The notes beneath the pieces were generated by a model that was not told the origin of the DNA, did not search any database, and saw nothing but the letters and a program-made list of their open reading frames with translations. Shown piece after piece: positions 52,534 to 64,000 of a stretch of DNA of 64,000 bases (within the stretch, counting starts at the first letter, position 1; every line of letters starts with the position of its first letter). A program made the translations under genes and the position numbers. The stretch is from contig NC_043002.1 of NCBI RefSeq assembly GCF_006345805.1, positions 100,316,001 through 100,380,000 of the forward strand, read 5' to 3'. Origin of the DNA: Octopus sinensis (lineage: Eukaryota).

Positions 52534-55500
52534 TATTTGATTGAAAATGAAGCTGAAAACAATTTCACAAACTAATCCAGACTAATCGCATACCTTGTCT
52601 AACGATTTTTTGAAAAATTTTTCAAGTTTTGAAATCTAGAATTTTACCATACCTTTGTTATTCTGGTAACATTTCTCACCTTTGTTTTGCATCAATTCAA
52701 TCAGGAGATTCTTAATACAGAAAAACGCTACACCTAGTGCTGTGTACTTTCGCTTTCTAACGTAAATAAACAAACACCGACATATCTATGTTATACAGAT
52801 GCATTGCTAAACTTTCAAAGAATTATCCAAGTCTTTTCTTAAGTTATGAAACCATTTTTATTTAGATAAAAAAATTTCCGAAATAGATCGCATTATTTCA
52901 TGAAAGGTATTTAGTGATATGGAAGCGCAAAAGCTATTCAAGTATTTCACTCCTTTATCCACAAATGTTGATATCATTGTACATTATTTGTATCTATCGT
53001 AACATTAATAACATTCTTCGAATTACATGCTAGTTCATTGTGCTTTGTAAGATTATTTATATCTATGGAATAGCCGGGTTGTCATAACCTAAACTAGATT
53101 CTTGAACATATAACCCTGAAACTACTCATCATATATGACAAATTTTAGCTTAATGTTCTAAAATATATAAATGCTTATAATATTGGTTATAAGTGAGGTT
53201 GCAATGTTATTGTTAGTGAGGTTAAGCTAGAAAAGCTTTAGGTCGTGGACAGCTTATCTTTTATGTTGCTTAGATACGAGTACGTTAAAGGAATTCATGA
53301 CATGCATTTGTTTCATTTTTATTAGCGTATATTCTCAATGTGTTCTTACGTGGTAAGTTTAGTGATCAATGTAAATTACAGAGTTTGGTACTTGTTAGGA
53401 TATTTACCAATATTTACCGATATATGGTATTTGATATCTTACAGCCTAAAAAAAATATTCCTTTAAATTATTGAGTTGTCAGATTCGTTTATTTCCCTTT
53501 TACTTCGTAATCGATCGTCGTATGTGTGAAAAGAGGTAAAATTTATCTAAATTTCAAAAACAATAAACAAACGTTATAGAGAAAGAATGGAGTTGCAAAC
53601 GACAAAAAAAGAAACGCTACGTTGACTATATTATTAGCGCTAACTCTATTAACATTGGAAACGATAAAATTAATGGGAAAAATACGAGCGAAATTTTGAA
53701 CCCAATATTATGAAAAATGAGAGTTTAGGTGTATATTTCCTTCACGTTGAACTACATTATATTGTGTTCTTTATTAAGTCACTTGTCATTCACTGGTCTA
53801 GTGCGCCTAAATTTGGAGCAAAAACAGGTTATAGAACATGTCTACCCATTCAAATTGCAGAGATATCATGTCATTTAAAAGTACTAAAATACAATCATTT
53901 TGTTTTTTATTATTTCATAAATATGCGCATTACAATGGTCTTGGTAATATTTATAAAAAGTCACTAAGTTGAAGTATGGCATACGAACTACTAAATACGC
54001 CATTAGCATTGCTATTGTGACGGTGAGTAATAGTTTAACAGAATTGTAAGAGCTTCGAGAAAATGCGCTGCAGTGTTCAGTGACGGAAGCTAAGATAAGA
54101 GTTCAAAACCTGTGAAGGTTAACTAAGCTTTCCGTCGCTCTGGGGTCGATTCAGCAAAATCTAAAACCGATTTAATCGATTGTGACTTCTTCCAAGATGG
54201 GCCGCCTTCTGTCAGTGTAAGAAACCAAAATTATTGCAGTGACTTCTTACTAACACAAATATCTCATTTTAAATATATGTTTAGATTAACTGAGCCTTAT
54301 CACTTCATTCAACTTCTAATCATGACGATTCACTTGCTTTACGATATATAGCATAAAGGATTACGATTTTCGACTTAAGATATGAAGCATACAATATGAT
54401 GGAAAATTCCGATATTTTAGCTGCCGTATCTAAAGGTTAAGTGTCTTTATATAAAAGATCTGTTATCAGATATTTCTTCTTCGAAATACACTATGGAATA
54501 TAGAAAGATCCTAATACAGTAATGATCAAAGCCTATTCATTCGGCACGTTTAGTGTTCTCCCATCCTCAACTGAACAAGCTACGATGGGGTTAATAAGAA
54601 ATATCGAACAGATGCACAAACGTTTGATAACTCTAGAAAATCAGTGTCACAATTTTGATATTATCCAAAACCGCGTATGCACAGAAGATATGGCCATAGT
54701 CATGGCTGTATAGTTAGAAGATGCCTTCATAGGCACATGTTCCGGGTTCGATACCACTTCACTGTCAATTCGAGGACTATATTTTACAATACCGTAAGTT
54801 TCATCAATACAAATAATTTATAGCCAAAAGTTCGAATACACACACACTCACACACATACTCATATAAGTGTGTGGACGTATGTGGCTTTCACTGATACAT
54901 AGTACAGAAAATGGTAACTGTGAGTGAAATCGCTATAAAAGACTAAATGATGGTGCCCCACGAGGATAATCTCTTGTAATATTTACTCTTCATCGAGGTG
55001 GAAACATTACATCGGCAATCGCTTCTTCATAAATGCAGGAAACATAAGTGTTACTGGCTGAAATACTGTAACTAACTACGCAATTGTTTATATGGTGAAT
55101 GTCTGTAACCTAATGGTTAGGGTCTCGCACTCATTATCGCAAGATCGTGATTTCGATAACGGACCGGGCGGCATGTTGTGTTCTTGAGCAAGACACTTTA
55201 ATTGACAATACTCAACGATCATTTCGACATCAGACATTTGCGAAACTGCGCAACTAGCGACTATACAAACAATGTCCATTTGAAGAAGGGTTTGAGCTAA
55301 TAAACAGCATAAACATTTGAGCGTCATAAATAAATCCTCTGTGCCAGTTGTTTGGCAAGAGTGGAGGGCACTTCACTTATGATTTATGACAGCAGTGTAC
55401 GTCATATGTATACATATATAGATAATAATAATGATAATAATAATGATAATAATAATGATAATAATTATAATAATAATAATAATAATAATAGGGAGTATAA

Positions 55501-55887
55501 ATCCAAGCTTACAGGGAAGAATTCAATTTAGTATTAAATCAAATTTCACAATATAAATATATAATATATATAAATTAGAGAAAAACCACTATTATGTAAT
55601 TCAAACAATGATAGACATAAACCAAATCATATAGAATAAAAAATATATGATAAAACATTTATCTAGATTACAATAAATGACATAATAATAAACAATAAAT
55701 AATAAGTAAATAATTAGTTTAAATAATTACTTACTGTTTATTATTATGTACTTTATTGTGATCTAGATAAATGCTTTATCATATATTTTATGTTTTCTAT
55801 ATGGTATGATTTACGTTTATCATTGTTTTAATTACATAATAGTGCTTTTTCTCTTATTTATGTATATACACATATAGGATATATATA

Positions 55888-56212
55888 GGAGCACTCCGTC
55901 GGTTACAACGACGAGGGTCCCAGCTGATACGATCAACGGAACAGCTTGCTCGTGGAATTAACGTGCAAGTGACTGAGCAATTCTCAGACACCAGTACCCT
56001 TAACGTAGTTCTCAGGAAGATTCAGCGTGACACAGAGTGTGACAAGGCCGGCCCTTTGAAATACAGGTACAACTCATTTTTGCCAGCTGAGTGGACTGGA
56101 GCAACGTGAAATAAAGTGTCTTGCTCAAGGACACAACGCATCGCCGGGAATCGAACTCACGACCTTACAATCGTCAGTCGAAAGCCCTAACCACTAAGCC
56201 ATGCGCCTTCAC
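55888..56212 (-). mobile_element. tRNA-derived CORE-like SINE family C
   Basis: Minus-strand head gtgaaggcgcatggcttagtggttagg...gagttcgattcccgg, then tgtgtccttgagcaagacact. Confidence 0.85.
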
Positions 56213-56238
56213 ATATATACATATATACATATATATAT

Positions 56239-56269
<31 letters not shown>

Positions 56270-56593
56270 ATATATATAAATTAGAGAAAAACCACTATTA
56301 TGTAATTCAAACAATGATAGACATAAACCAAATCATATAGAATAAAAAATATATGATAAAACATTTATCTAGATTACAATAAATGACATAATAATAAACA
56401 ATAAATAATAAGTAAATAATTAGTTTAAATAATTACTTACTGTTTATTATTATGTACTTTATTGTGATCTAGATAAATGCTTTATCATATATTTTATGTT
56501 TTCTATATGGTATGATTTACGTTTATCATTGTTTTAATTACATAATAGTGCTTTTTCTCTTATTTATGTATATACACATATAGGATATATATA

Positions 56594-56918
56594 GGAGCAC
56601 TCCGTCGGTTACAACGACGAGGGTCCCAGCTGATACGATCAACGGAACAGCTTGCTCGTGGAATTAACGTGCAAGTGACTGAGCAATTCTCAGACACCAG
56701 TACCCTTAACGTAGTTCTCAGGAAGATTCAGCGTGACACAGAGTGTGACAAGGCCGGCCCTTTGAAATACAGGTACAACTCATTTTTGCCAGCTGAGTGG
56801 ACTGGAGCAACGTGAAATAAAGTGTCTTGCTCAAGGACACAACGCATCGCCGGGAATCGAACTCACGACCTTACAATCGTCAGTCGAAAGCCCTAACCAC
56901 TAAGCCATGCGCCTTCAC
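56594..56918 (-). mobile_element. SINE family C, duplicated copy
   Basis: Appears identical to 55888-56212 at an offset of 706 bp. Confidence 0.85.
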
Positions 56919-56944
56919 ATATATACATATATACATATATATAT

Positions 56945-57021
<77 letters not shown>

Positions 57022-57059
57022 TACATACATAGATAGATAGGAAAAATAGAAGTTGGAAA

Positions 57060-58440
57060 TGCAATTAGAATAGTTAATATATTTATTATTATTATATTTA
57101 AGGATTTGACCGGTTTCACAGTTCACACTGATTTTCAAATAGTTGAGTAAGCTTTGTTTGATCAATGTGATCTTCATTACATCCTTGACATTTCATAGTG
57201 TATATTAAATTCATTAAACAACATGTAAAGTAAATTTTTACGGTAAAAATTTGTCCTGATTTGAATTTGTATGTTGTGTCTTCCAATAAGATTGATGCAA
57301 GTCCCAAAGCTGGGGCGGCCACACATTTTGATTGTTGGTGTATGAATTGCGGAAGTTAATTTAGCACCTGTTAGGAATTTTTTCAGGATATTTTGATTGT
57401 TTTTTTACTATTATTTTTTTTGTGTATTCCGAATGCTTGTTTCATTCTTGGGTCTTGTCTTAGTATTGGGATGTTCTGATGGATAACATTGTAAACCTCT
57501 GTATTTCTTGGGTAGAGTATTGTAATAAACGTTAAATTATTGAATGTATCTGGAGCGTTTTTCGTTTTTCGTAGTTCTTATATATTTATTGCTTTGGCAC
57601 GTTCTATTCCGTTGTCTATTAGCATTAATGCATATTGTCTTTTAAGTAGTATTTGATTTAGTTCCTGGAGTCTTTTATTGCGAGTTTCAGAGTTTGAGAC
57701 AATTGTGCAGATTCTTCTTGCTAGATTAAAGGTAATATTATTCTTCGTGCGTTGGGATGGCATGAAACGAACAGTAAGTATTGTTTAGAATCTGCTTGTT
57801 TGTAGTGAATGACTGTTTCAATGCTTTTATCTCTTTTGATGATTAGTATATCCAGGAATGGTAGTTGAGTTTTACTGTAATCCATAGTGAAGTTTATATT
57901 ATTGCTTATGCTGTTGATTAGGACCTTGAAATCTATAAGTTGTTCAAATGTGTGCGTCCATAAGATTACACAGTCATCTAGGTAACGTTTTCAGTTTTCT
58001 AGTAGATATTAGTGGATGTTCAAGCTATGTTTTGATTTTGATTTTTCATATATCTGGACCCCCTTGTAATATCGTCCCTTACAAGACTTGGTATGTATTT
58101 TAAAATAGGTTTCAGTAATATATCTAAAAATATATATTGAGTCTGTGTGTCTCAGAGCTCACGCCTGCTACGATTGGTCTAAATTTGATGTCGGTGGGAT
58201 ATTGTATGTTTAGGCAACTTGATGTCGGTTCTTTACATGCCCACTTAATAATAGTTTGATTCTTATGGACTTTTGGGAGACCGTAGAAGTAGCTAGTTTT
58301 GCAATCAAAATGTGTTATGTAGTCACATTCTTTGTGTGTTAAACCTTTTTGAAGTCTGTGTATGAGTGTGTTCAGTTGAGACATTGTCTTTGATCTTTGG
58401 TAATTATTCACCTTTTCGTAGCAGATTGTTCAGTAGTACC
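57060..58440 (-). mobile_element. Degenerate, internally deleted PLE 2 (Neptune-like)
   Basis: Minus-strand fragments FYGLPKVHK...KFRPIVAG, RYLDDCVILW, LPFLDILI, CHP..K..I.FNLARRICTIVS, a Cys-rich linker (KMCGRPSFGTC) and NLIYTMKCQGC...QT. The central RT region is deleted. Confidence 0.85.
57102..57142 (-). ncRNA. Decayed U3-A8 hammerhead at the 3' end of PLE 2
   Basis: TTGAAAA-TCAG(TGTGAA)CTGT-GAAA-CCGG-TC-AAAT. Helix I and the base of helix II are mismatched. Confidence 0.4.
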
Positions 58441-58679
58441 ATTGGACTTATTCAGTCAACCGAGTCAGCCTTAACTTACGACGTCACTTTGATACTTGTT
58501 AAGTGATTTTGATACATTGTCACTTGATACTAACACACGGGCGTAGCGGCAAGCATACAAATATTTCTAAGACCAGTCATGTGACTATTCTCTACCAATC
58601 AAACCCTATTCAAAACATATACTAATTTGGACCATGAACTCCCTATAAAAGTAGGGTAAGCTTCAAACACTATTCAGAA

Positions 58680-58908
58680 GCAAAATAGCTACGACTTGTG
58701 GCACGTCTTTCTATCCTTAAAAGACATGTTAAGATCCACAAAAATCAGAACTTATCCCCCGCTCTTGGTGGTCCAAATCAGATGTGCAATCTTTGTGGGT
58801 GTCTTTCAGAACATTGTCTGGTTTAATAAGCCACATCAGATGCCATGATGTTGTTAAGGTATAGGTACAGGAGGTGGTCAAACTCTGCATAAGGAGAAGA
58901 CAACTACC
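58680..58908 (+). mobile_element. 3' end of an RTE-like LINE
   Basis: Frameshifted C-terminal CNLCG..SRTLSGLISHIRCH zinc-finger-like motif, then a stop and a short UTR. Confidence 0.5.
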
Positions 58909-58914
58909 ATATAT

Positions 58915-59073
58915 ATAAGTGAGAAATTTGAAAAGCTAAACGCGAAACCGGTCATTTCTTCTAAATTATGTCATTGTAAGAAAATAATTTATAATATTCT
59001 TCAGACATATTGACTCAAATATATATTTTTTAACCTTTTAAAACAAGCCTTCTGTAGTCTTTTCACTTTTTAC

Positions 59074-59080
<7 letters not shown>
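58915..59080 (+). mobile_element. Second copy of the 35820-36018 repeat
   Basis: Direct sequence similarity along its length; ends at (TA)n. Confidence 0.6.
58922..58959 (+). ncRNA. Minimal hammerhead with U3-A8 core
   Basis: AGAAAT-TTGAAAA-GC(TAAAC)GC-GAAA-CCGG-TC-ATTTCT, with a GUC triplet. Confidence 0.7.
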
Positions 59081-59120
<40 letters not shown>

Positions 59121-59122
<2 letters not shown>

Positions 59123-61040
59123 AATATATATTTTCTTTACCATCCCCAAAGTTTTACGCTTCCATTTCTACACCACTTTCCACTCTACTTCAGCCATCTT
59201 ACTCATACACTGAACTCCTCTCTTTCACCTTCCTATGCATACTCTACGCTACATAATCCATTTAAATCATCTCTTCCATTAATTTCTCGCTCGCACTAAA
59301 CAACGTAAACTCCACTCACTCCTCCATTCCGTCACACCTGGTGCAACTCCCTCCAGCCCTACATCCTCGATACTCTACCACTCATCCTCAAGCCAACCCC
59401 TCCGTCACTCCAGCCCCGACACACCCCTCATTTTTCCCCCAGCCTTCCACTACCCCACCACCCCTCCAACATCTTACCCATCCACCCCTCCTCACTTCAG
59501 TCTGTTGTTATCATTCCTCCTGATCCCTTCTCTGAGGCGGAGCGCTCTCTTCTTAGTAGGCGTCTGCGCTTCATCCCCTCACTCCATCCAGTAACGAATT
59601 TCAGATCCGTGCTGACATTCTCAGCTTTGCGTTCAATCCAACCCCCAACGTCACACGTACACACCTCTTCGTCTGGCCGAACTTGCGCAACGAGAATGGA
59701 CCCCCAACCTGTTCGCTGGCTACGTTGAGGCCCTAATATTTTCAACATTCACTGGTCCCACTCCCGAATTATACGGTTGTTATATTGATGACTGCATCGG
59801 TGGACCACGCTTACCTGCGAACAACTAGATTCCTTCTTCACTTTTGTCCAATCTTTCCATCCTGCCCTCTGAGTCTCCTGCGCCATTTTCAACACTTCCA
59901 TCGCTTTTCTCGACATTCCTGCCAACATACCCAACTCAGCTCTCACTACTCCCATCCACTACAAACACACTGACTCACACTCATGAGAAGTTTCTCCTCC
60001 TCCCACCCTACCCTAACCAAGCTCTCCGTCCCCTACTCCTAATTCTTCTGTCTGCGCAGGCTCTGCAGCAGTGGCAACAATGGCTTTGAGACTCAGTCTT
60101 AGCTCAAGGCTCATCATCGTCCCTATCATACCACTGACTCATTTACCTGCAATTCTAGCAACGTCATTTGCTGCATCTTCTGCTCTTTCTGCTCTTCTCT
60201 GTACATCGGTGAAACGGGACGCCGCTTGGCTGACCGGTTCGCGGAGCAACTCCGAGACATTAGAATCGGCAATGACACCCCGGTCTCGCGTTATTTCCGC
60301 TCTACCGGTCATTCATTACAACACATGTCTGTGTTCGGATTGTTCTTGCGCAGGGGCCATTCGGACTCCCACTTTCGCCGCGAAAAAGAATTAATCTCTC
60401 CCAACTCGCCTCCCCTCTTCATCTGAGTCCCCTCTTCCCCTCTCTTGCCCTGGCACCTACTTCCTCTCTTCACTCCTACCCACCTTCTCTCTTCAGTGAT
60501 GACCCCATCCACACCCATCTCCAAACATCGCAAAACCTCATACCCCACCGCAACCCCAACATCCTCAAACCCGCCCCACACCATCACATCCCTACACCGC
60601 AACACCACCACACCACATCACACAACCCCGCACACACTAGCACTGACCACATCCCAGTACCCACATCATCATCCTCACACCCACACATTAAAGACACACA
60701 CTTGCACACGCACACATCCACACATCAAAGTCACCATCTCCTATCCACACGCATACACATACTCTCGCATATACATTCGCACTCGCACCTTCGTTTTGGG
60801 ATCATCAATACTTTATTATCTCTCCTTCGTCCTTGCTCATCTGTCTACCTCTGTTCAGCCAGTCGCCATGATTGAGCGCTAACTCCAAAAGTTTTTTTTC
60901 TATTCTCGCGCTTATTTCTGTTGAAGAGCGTATGCTCGAGACGTAAAGACTTTCTCTCATTCCCGAACGTCAAATTAATATACCTCCTTGTTGTTTATAA
61001 ACCTGTCTTCGTCTTTGTTGTTCTGTAAATTTCAGCTGCA
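59121..61040 (+). mobile_element. Degenerate, internally deleted PLE 3 (Neptune-like) with HHR-bearing 3' end
   Basis: Fragments VVIIP..SEAERSLLS..LRFIP, NLFAGYVEALIF.TFTGPTPELY..YIDDCIG, PFLDI, and GIY-YIG NVI..I.C..C..LYIGETGRRLADRFAE..PVSRYF...H. Ends at (TA)n. Confidence 0.85.
60915..60948 (+). ncRNA. Degenerate hammerhead in the 3' end of PLE 3 (A6U, GAGA)
   Basis: TTT-CTGTTGA-A-GAGC(GTAT)GCTC-GAGA-CG-TA-AAG. Confidence 0.5.
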
Positions 61041-62252
61041 TATATATATGTGTGTGTGGGGGGTGTATGCGTGCGTGTGTGTGTGTATTATAGACATGTA
61101 TGAAGGTAGATAGCTAGATAGATGGACAGACAGATAGATAGATAGATAGATACATACATACATACATACATACATACATACATACATACATACATACAAA
61201 CATATTCCCATAAAAGTAAAGTAATTCATTATTTGACTTCGTTTCGTCATTTACAATATATTGCTTATAAGGCTTTGATATTCATGTATGATTTATGATA
61301 TCAGCATTCAAAACAACTAAATTAATAAAGATGGCTGACAAGATATTACAATTTAAATTACTTTCCTCAAAAAACAATAACATCCTCCAGCATCTTTAAA
61401 ATGATTGTGTTTTCCATAAAATGTACATAAATATAACGTAAATAATCGAAAATATTCTATGACTTAGTAACGTTTTGTAAATTTTTAGGTGTTCCTTTTT
61501 CCATATACATGTGTGTGTATGTGCGTGTGTGTGCGTTTGTGTGTGTGCGCGCGTGAGTAGTTTAATTAGTAATATCCGAAAAATATACATTTATGAGCGC
61601 GAAATATTTTATTGAGGAAGTGTTTTCGTATGATATTTAGTTTTAGTGACAAGATTCTTTTAGAAATTGTCATAACATTTCGTTTCTTTTTGACAAACAA
61701 ATCTTTATATATTTTAAACTGTAAGTTGTGCTGTGCTACCATTACAAATGTAGTTTGTTATTTGTAAAACTTGATATATGAAATAGAATTCAGTTTCATG
61801 ACAAAAAGTGTATAACCCATCTTTTAATTTTTCTTTCTTCTCTGTTTTTCGACTCAAACAAAAATTATACTTCGGAAGAAATGTAGGGTTACTTTTTTCG
61901 AAAAAATAATAATTTTCAATGACAAAATAAGTTTATCTCAACAAAAACTATATTTACGAATGCAACAAATAATATTTTATCTTGAATCTTAATAAATAAA
62001 ATATATACATTAGCATGTAGTGATATTTTTCTTCGATATATGCCAGCTTATATATGACAACTTGCAGTATTTCAAAATTTTCTACAAACATTTAACCAAA
62101 TAACGATGTCCATTTTTATACTACTGAAAAAAAGTATTGCCATAGTAAAAGATATTCCACTTTACATAATTAGAAAGAATTATTTAGAATTTCTGGAAAG
62201 ACAGACAGGAAAACAGTGTATGTGAGTCTAATCCCTTTTCTTTTCTTCTAAG

Positions 62253-62356
62253 GATGCACCAAATAAATGGGCCGGGAAATTACCTCAGGCAGCTTTAACA
62301 ATTCTCCACCAGCATGCTATACAAGGTGATGTCACTGATATACAGCAAGCAATCTG
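62253..62356 (+). CDS. BAIAP3: Third exon of the BAIAP3/Munc13-4-like gene
   Basis: Not in the ORF track as such. ttttcttctaag acceptor and GTAAGT donor at 62357. 104 nt, phase 0/2: [34 protein letters not shown], matching the family motif W.G.L...A..IL..H..Q.D. Confidence 0.9.
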
Positions 62357-62449
62357 GTAAGTTAATATCAATTTTCCAATGTGTGTACCTAAACATAATA
62401 TATCTTTCATATTTGTATATTTTATTACACCGTCATATAATTTACCTAA

Positions 62450-63614
62450 TCTCTCTCCATAGAAAATTATTTCTTTGTCTGTCTGTATGTCTATCTGTCT
62501 GTCTGTTCCCTATGCATTCTCAAACAGCTCCACCAAATCAAATCAAATTTTACAAGGTAATGATATTAGACCCCACGTGTGTTAACATGTAATCTTTATT
62601 TTCATTTGGATTAAAACAATATAACATTTTATCTAAAATAATTCTTCTATAGTCAACTATAGTAAAGGACAGTTTATACCACGACGACACACTTCGTATA
62701 TGAGCGCGTATGTGTCTGTGTGTTTGCGCGTTCGTTACATTTAATACCACGATGACGACAACACACTTTGTATATGAGTGTCTGTGAGTGTGTGTGTGTG
62801 TCTGCGCTTTCGTTACGCAAATTTGTCTCTGTGTGTCTGTTTTAGTATATGTATGTGAGTGTATGTGAGAGTGTATGTGTGTGTCAGTGTATGTGTGATT
62901 GGCAGTTACACTGATGTAAACAGGCTATGTGAAAAAGCTATACTGGCTCCAGCTAATGAAATGGTCGATGAATTCAATCATGAACTTCTTCAAAAGTTAA
63001 CAGATACATGAGGAATTACTTTTCCATCAATTCACACAACAGTCGATCAAGATCAGGTTGTTCAATACTCTGTTGAATTTCTGAAAACACTTTAACCCAC
63101 GAGGATGCCACCGCATAACATGACACTATAGCTGGATGCTCCCATTATGTAGCTTAGAAATCTCGACCCACTTCGCTTGTGTGATAGAACCCGCTACAGG
63201 CAGCAATCATAATTTCCTCTCATACCTACATATGTTCCATTTGAATTGGAGCGGCTTCACTTTCCAGTGAAACTAAGCTTTAGTATTTCAACTAACAGAT
63301 CTCAGGGACAATCCCTCGACGTAGTTGGACTTCATCTTTCTATTACATGCTTCTCCTACGGCCAACTCTGTGTCGGTTGCTCACGAGTTGGAAGCAGCAG
63401 CAATTTATTACACAATGGATATTGTTTACCTTGAGGTGCTTCAAGGTTTACGGATTTTCAACTCTAAATTCTATTATCATTACAATTTGTATATTCTAAA
63501 ATAAAATACTGATATTTTGAAATAATTATGAGAAAAAATATATATTCATATTTCTTGTTTATTAATCTGAATAAGAACAGCAGTAACCCGGGCAACGTCG
63601 GGTAATTCAGCTAG
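62450..63614 (+). mobile_element. Internally deleted Helitron with PIF1-helicase C-terminal remnant
   Basis: Remnants KAILAP.N, EFL..L...MPPH, LRNLDP.RLC, FPVKLSFSISTNRSQGQSL.VVG..FSYGQL.VG.SRV. Hairpin acccgggcaacgtcgggt then CTAG|T at 63611-14. Confidence 0.85.
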
Positions 63615-64000
63615 TACATTCTAAGCAAAAACTTAGGGATGTTTAGTATGCACATGAGAAACATAAATATCATCATACATTTGAATAGGCTCGAAGAACG
63701 ATACGACATTATTTTAATCCTCTCATGCAAGAATGCATTCAGAATATTTTTATCTTCTTGAAAATATCATCACTAATGATACAAGTGTTTCCTCGTGTCG
63801 TTTTACTAATCTGCCGACAAGGTATAATATCTTAAAGTAGGGATAGGAAGTTTCTTCAAGTATCCATTTGTCGCTACTATTCTAAGTCAATAACATGAAT
63901 TCATTGAATGATTTTAAGGGGTCTACAGCACAATCTTTCGATTTGTCATTTATCCAACAGCTTTACATTTTATCTACAATTAAAGAGCATAAAGCTTTAA

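Larger units (their letters stand above)
55570..56935. repeat. 706 bp tandem duplication (foldback element + SINE C + TA tract)
   Basis: ttagagaaaaaccact at 55575 and 56281; ggagcactcc at 55888 and 56594. Confidence 0.95.

Noticed and set aside
52099-52575. Poly-Ser/poly-Phe/poly-Leu ORFs after the second exon
   Set aside because: (CTT)n microsatellite downstream of a strong GTAAGA donor; intronic.
56150-56212. tRNA-like sequence
   Set aside because: It is the head of SINE family C and continues into a CORE-like body; no complete cloverleaf.

Overview
AT-rich, microsatellite-saturated eukaryotic DNA. The SINE families and (TA)n/(GATA)n load suggest an octopus/coleoid cephalopod genome (inference, not proven). 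The window holds three consecutive + strand exons (12276-12441, 51840-52043, 62253-62356) of a BAIAP3/Munc13-4-family gene, separated by introns of 39.4 kb and 10.2 kb; I found no upstream exon in 1-12275. Nearly all listed ORFs are microsatellite translation artefacts. The introns contain tRNA-derived SINEs (three families), Helitrons, mariner/Tc1 remnants, an RTE-like LINE end and many Penelope-like elements (PLEs). The most striking structure is 13477-19703: two (TA)n-embedded PLE insertions, each an inverted copy plus a body, facing tail to tail. Manual folding gives about 15 minimal type-I hammerhead ribozyme (HHR) motifs from at least 7 element families, most with palindromic helix III and most near (TA)n-abutting element ends. 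Three well-formed motifs and one decayed motif carry a compensated U3-A8 core (UUGANAA) that a CUGANGA search would miss. Many small indels between repeat copies may be uncorrected long-read errors. All folds were done by eye and no ribozyme activity is demonstrated.
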